In this document: one piece after another, positions 60,502 to 64,000 of the stretch
How the letters are laid out: each line of letters starts with the position of its first letter
Numbering within the stretch: position 1 is the stretch's first letter
Source of the DNA: Candidatus Falkowbacteria bacterium
GTDB lineage: Bacteria; Patescibacteriota; Patescibacteriia; CAIXNZ01
DNA length: 64,000 nucleotides
NCBI GenBank assembly: GCA_963774955.1
Contig: CAVZGV010000006.1
Coordinates: 8,354 to 72,353 of the forward strand
Direction of reading: 5' to 3'
Made by a program: the position numbers and the translations under genes
Notes under the pieces: model-generated
The model's input: the letters and a program-made list of their open reading frames with translations, nothing else
Database searches by the model: none
What the model was told of the DNA's origin: nothing

Positions 60502-61776
60502 CTAGTGAGTCGCACAGGATATACAAGGGTCGTATGACCTAATTAACGCCCTAATCTTTTGTCGCCTGGTGTGGATTGGCAATTTATAGACATTAGGCAA
60601 ATAAGCCATAAGATCGGCTTCTAAATTGGCCAAAAACTGAGCGGTAGGTGTCATAATATTGGCATCCAAAATCTTCCCGTTTTTATCAAATTTATAATAA
60701 TCAAGCAAAATACCGCGCGGTGCTTCAACCGCTCCAAAGCCCTCACCTGCTCTAGGAATCACCTTTACTTTCAAATTTTTCTGGTCAATTCTACCCATTT
60801 GAGAAACTATTTTTTTAATCTCTTCCAGACAATGAATTAGTTCCACTGCCTGGGCATAAATATTATAAAAAGTATTTTCACAGGGCATGGCCAAGCCTTT
60901 AGCTTGCCACATTTTTTTCGCCAGCGGGTTTAATTTCCCAAAATTCAAATTTACCCTGGCCAAAGCACCTGTATAATACGGCTTATCATCCAGATTTACC
61001 CGCTTAACCTTTTCAAAAGGCTGGTGAAATTCCTTGATTTTATGATAAAAGTCCGAAACGCTATAGCGTTTACCCTGGCTGGAGACAATATCTCCCTGCA
61101 AGACTTCATATTCATCCTTATCATACAGAGCCACATACTCCTGGGACCGTTCAAACTTCGGCAATTTAATTTTGGCTATAAATTCAGCTAAACCAATCGC
61201 ATCTTCAATAACCGGAGAAATATTTTTCATTAAATTATTGACAGCCGCCAGAGACGGCAATTTTTTAAATCCACCGACTTCTATAGTCAAAGGATGCACA
61301 ATTCTACCGCCGATCAGACTGACCAAATCAATGGCAAACTGACGCACCCTGAGCGCGGCCTGAGTTTCCTTAGGAAATTTCTTCATAAAATTCAGATCAT
61401 TTTCTATTCCAAAAAAATCAGGCGCTGACAGAAAAAACATATGCAAACTATGAGAATGTATAATCTGTAAAAGTTCCATGACTTTTCTTAAAACAACAGT
61501 CTGTTCCGATACTTTAATTTGAAAAGCAGCCTCAATCGCCTGAGTTGAAGATAATAAATGAACAATCGGACAAATTCCGCAGATTCTGGCAGTGATTATC
61601 GGAATCTCAAAATAATCTCGGCCTAAAAGTATACCCTCAATTAAACGAGCGCCTTCCAGTGTCTCCAATTTAGCCTTTTTAACATCGCCGTCCAGAATCG
61701 AGGCCACAAACCCGGTATGCCCTTCCATTTTGGCAATGTGATTGATTTTAATTGTTTTTAACCCCATAATATTCAA
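60502..61776 (-). CDS. NiFe hydrogenase large (alpha) subunit, group 3b-like
   Basis: EGH, RICGIC (L1), VEAPRG, DPCISCATH (L2) at the very C-terminus. Confidence 0.92.
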   Translation of the reverse strand: MNIMGLKTIKINHIAKMEGHTGFVASILDGDVKKAKLETLEGARLIEGILLGRDYFEIPIITARICGICPIVHLLSSTQAIEAAFQIKVSEQTVVLRKVMELLQIIHSHSLHMFFLSAPDFFGIENDLNFMKKFPKETQAALRVRQFAIDLVSLIGGRIVHPLTIEVGGFKKLPSLAAVNNLMKNISPVIEDAIGLAEFIAKIKLPKFERSQEYVALYDKDEYEVLQGDIVSSQGKRYSVSDFYHKIKEFHQPFEKVKRVNLDDKPYYTGALARVNLNFGKLNPLAKKMWQAKGLAMPCENTFYNIYAQAVELIHCLEEIKKIVSQMGRIDQKNLKVKVIPRAGEGFGAVEAPRGILLDYYKFDKNGKILDANIMTPTAQFLANLEADLMAYLPNVYKLPIHTRRQKIRALIRSYDPCISCATH

Positions 61777-61811
61777 AATAAAAGCTGCTATTTAAATTAT
61801 TTTAAATACCT

Positions 61812-62039
61812 TTAGTGAATGTGCAGATTTTTTTCATATTCCGGCCAGGTCGCTTTCAGCTGTGATTCCATACTTTCAGTATCCTGGTCAACAGCTAATT
61901 CTCCCTCACTAAGTTTGTCATTCAGATAATTTTCCACAATGCTGTCAAAAGCCTCTTTAGAAGTTACGCCTTCTGCCTCGGCTATTTCCTTTATTTCCGC
62001 ATAAGCTTGCTGTAAATTAAAGGTTAAAAATTCAGTCAT
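61812..62039 (-). CDS. Small acidic hypothetical protein
   Basis: 75-aa ORF co-oriented with the hydrogenase genes. Confidence 0.6.
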   Translation of the reverse strand: MTEFLTFNLQQAYAEIKEIAEAEGVTSKEAFDSIVENYLNDKLSEGELAVDQDTESMESQLKATWPEYEKNLHIH

Positions 62040-62247
62040 AAATTTGATAGATTTTAGTGTATTAGATTCTAGATTCTGGATTATTAACTAAAACTTAAAA
62101 TCTAAAATCCAAAATCTGTTTATATTATACCAAAAATTCTATTGATTGCCCAATCTTGACAACAGACTATTTTACTGTTATTCTTAGACAAAGAAGTTTG
62201 CCTGATTTCTGGATGGAAACGCCATTTTTTCACAAGGAGGATAATAC

Positions 62248-62439
62248 GTGAAAGATAGAAGAACCAAAAATGATCACCTTCTGCTGGTCAAGCCAGCAAC
62301 GGTAAAAACCGAAGCTAAGGTGATACCCATCAAGCGCGGCAAATCGCCCGGCCGTCACGGCAGTCAATGCAATGAATGTGGCGGCAACATTGACGAAGGC
62401 GGCTATTGCACTGGTTGCCATACCTATCACAAACAATAG
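62248..62439 (+). CDS. Small Zn-ribbon protein
   Basis: CNECGG....GYCTGC; AAGGAGG SD; TTGACA-17-TATTCT promoter; terminator at ~62464-62500. Confidence 0.65.
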   Translation: MKDRRTKNDHLLLVKPATVKTEAKVIPIKRGKSPGRHGSQCNECGGNIDEGGYCTGCHTYHKQ

Positions 62440-62819
62440 GTCCAACGCGTTGCCCCCCGCGTCAACCCCCGCACCCTCAGGTGCGGGGGTTTCTATTTTT
62501 TAAACAACCAATATAAATAAGCTACCGTCGGCAAAATAATCGACGGTATTTATCTTGCCGCCTATCGTGTGGCTAAACCTTTTGATTAATATTATCGCAC
62601 TGACCGTTTTTCAACCCTCCCTGGGGGTTTGGGGGGCCGAATAAGCCCTTCGACTCGCTCCGCTCGCTCAGGGCAGGCTCGTTTACCCGCCGTAGCTTAT
62701 GCGAAGGCGGGCTTACTTTTTTAGTTATAAAAAAGTAAGTCGCCGAAGGCGGTTTTTCCTTAATTTTGGTTCAAAAGCTGTTTTTTTCTTAAACCAATCT
62801 TATATATTCAGCGTATTAT

Positions 62820-62972
62820 AAAAGGGAGAGCGCCGAAACGCTCTCCCTTGCCTCGTGGACCCTTGCCAGGATACTTAGGTAAACAAGCTGTGATTCCACG
62901 AGGGTTGAAGGAGGGTGCGGACAGATCAGCCTGTCTGCTTCGGTCGAAACAAACAAGCCTTTCCATTCGCAG
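62820..62972 (-). ncRNA. Candidate small RNA (~150 nt)
   Basis: TTGACA at 63000-63005 with a weak extended -10; two internal stems; strong GGGAGAGCG/CGCTCTCCC terminator plus U tract. Confidence 0.5.
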
Positions 62973-63091
62973 GTAAAGTTTCACATAAAAAACTTATTTT
63001 GTCAAGGATTTAACATCCAAAAAACTTGAACACAAAAATGTCCAAGTATACTTGTTTAATCCTCTTTCGTGCCTGTAGACAGGCTAAATTC

Positions 63092-63874
63092 TTATTTCTT
63101 CACTTCCGGCTTTTGCAAAGCCGCCTCAATTCTGTCCCTGGCTCCAAAAAATTCCATTTTTTCCAAAATGTCAGCCAGGCTCCAGCCGTGATTCTGAATT
63201 ATTTTTATAAGATTCCTAATTTTTTCGTCTGACTGGTCCAAGATACCCCGACAAGCCCAGCATTCCTGGCGTGAATTCAAACAAACAGCATTACAACCGC
63301 CTAAAGCAATCGGGCCGAAACAAATTTTACCCTGCTGTAATAAGCAAGGATTTTTATTGATCTGACATTCATAACAGACCGGATTCATTTTTAAAGCCCA
63401 GGCTTTGCCGTTCAACAGATTGAAAACCAGATCCAGAAAATTCTGGGCGTTTATCGGACAACCCGGAATGACATAATCAACCTTAATGGCTTTGGGAACT
63501 TCAATAATCTCACGATTTTCTATAGTTTCGCATTTTTTGTATACTTTACAGCCGAGTTTTTTATAATCATGATAATTTTTAATCTCCCAGACACCGCCGA
63601 TATCTGCGCATCCGCCTAGAACAACAACAACTTTGGAAATTGCCCTGATACGTTTTAAAATATGAAGATTTTCAGTGGTCACGGGATTACCCTCGATAAA
63701 AGCAATGTCATAATGCGAACGTTCCTTTTCATCCTCAATCAGACGAAATTCGTCAAGATCAACATATTTAGTCAGCTCAAAAAACTTCTCGTGTAAATCT
63801 AAAAGCGCGAACTGACACCCCTCGCAGGAAGTCAGGCCGAAAATGGCGACTGATGGTTTTTTGTTTTTTTTCAT
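63092..63874 (-). CDS. NiFe hydrogenase small (delta) subunit, group 3b-like
   Basis: SCEGC, EG, G.CA..GG, VDYVIPGCP, VCYEC..CLL...CFGP...GC.A.C.....CWACRG. Confidence 0.92.
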   Translation of the reverse strand: MKKNKKPSVAIFGLTSCEGCQFALLDLHEKFFELTKYVDLDEFRLIEDEKERSHYDIAFIEGNPVTTENLHILKRIRAISKVVVVLGGCADIGGVWEIKNYHDYKKLGCKVYKKCETIENREIIEVPKAIKVDYVIPGCPINAQNFLDLVFNLLNGKAWALKMNPVCYECQINKNPCLLQQGKICFGPIALGGCNAVCLNSRQECWACRGILDQSDEKIRNLIKIIQNHGWSLADILEKMEFFGARDRIEAALQKPEVKK

Positions 63875-63876
63875 AA

Positions 63877-63999
63877 TTATGGTTTTGGATTTAATAACTC
63901 ATAAATTTTCGGCGAATATTGTTTTATCGCCTGACTCCATTTTTTTATAACTTTGATTTCCTCTTGCCAGTGGTCTTTGGAAAGTTTAAAATCAAGAGT
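63877..63999 (-). CDS. 3' end of an unidentified upstream gene (partial)
   Basis: Open frame ...HWQEEIKVIKKWSQAIKQYSPKIYELLNPKP stop, abutting the small-subunit start. Confidence 0.45.
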   Translation of the reverse strand, partial: TLDFKLSKDHWQEEIKVIKKWSQAIKQYSPKIYELLNPKP

Positions 64000-64000
64000 T

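Overview
AT-rich bacterial window (standard genetic code). Gene content points to a Patescibacteria/CPR (Parcubacteria-like) genome; this is an inference from the archaeal-type pyrH, translin, tandem gpmI, group 3b-type NiFe hydrogenase, membrane-anchored Clp ATPase and SD-less core genes. Bases 1-38 kb hold housekeeping genes (tgt, mraZ-rsmH-ftsL, rplJL, metK with tandem SAM-I riboswitches, pyrH, mltG, uppP, mutM, gpmI x2, eno, pgk), interspersed with about 20 mostly orphan genes that carry strong Shine-Dalgarno sites. The main discovery is a 19-kb co-oriented array (38393-57684, minus strand). Fifteen genes share a conserved ~70-aa N-terminal module (MPKEKPQ...LxMARQxLGRVKEMDLTPEQKxKVMAMIDEA...NxSKALNxY) fused to five different C-terminal domain types: an unknown ~180-aa domain x9, LRR x2, GLAGLDSE helical repeats x2, WG-like beta repeats and an SPD-repeat beta-propeller. 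Embedded in the array is a MoxR/CbbQ-type AAA+ ATPase, an HExxH+VWA protein and a small AAA-like protein. Four array genes are preceded by a shared hairpin with swapped REP-like inserts. Other points are two candidate unannotated ncRNAs, a Zn-finger-less HypA with hydrogenase genes, and a frameshift-rich stretch (30.4-35.2 kb) that is probably sequencing error. All family calls come from motif recognition by eye; no searches were run.
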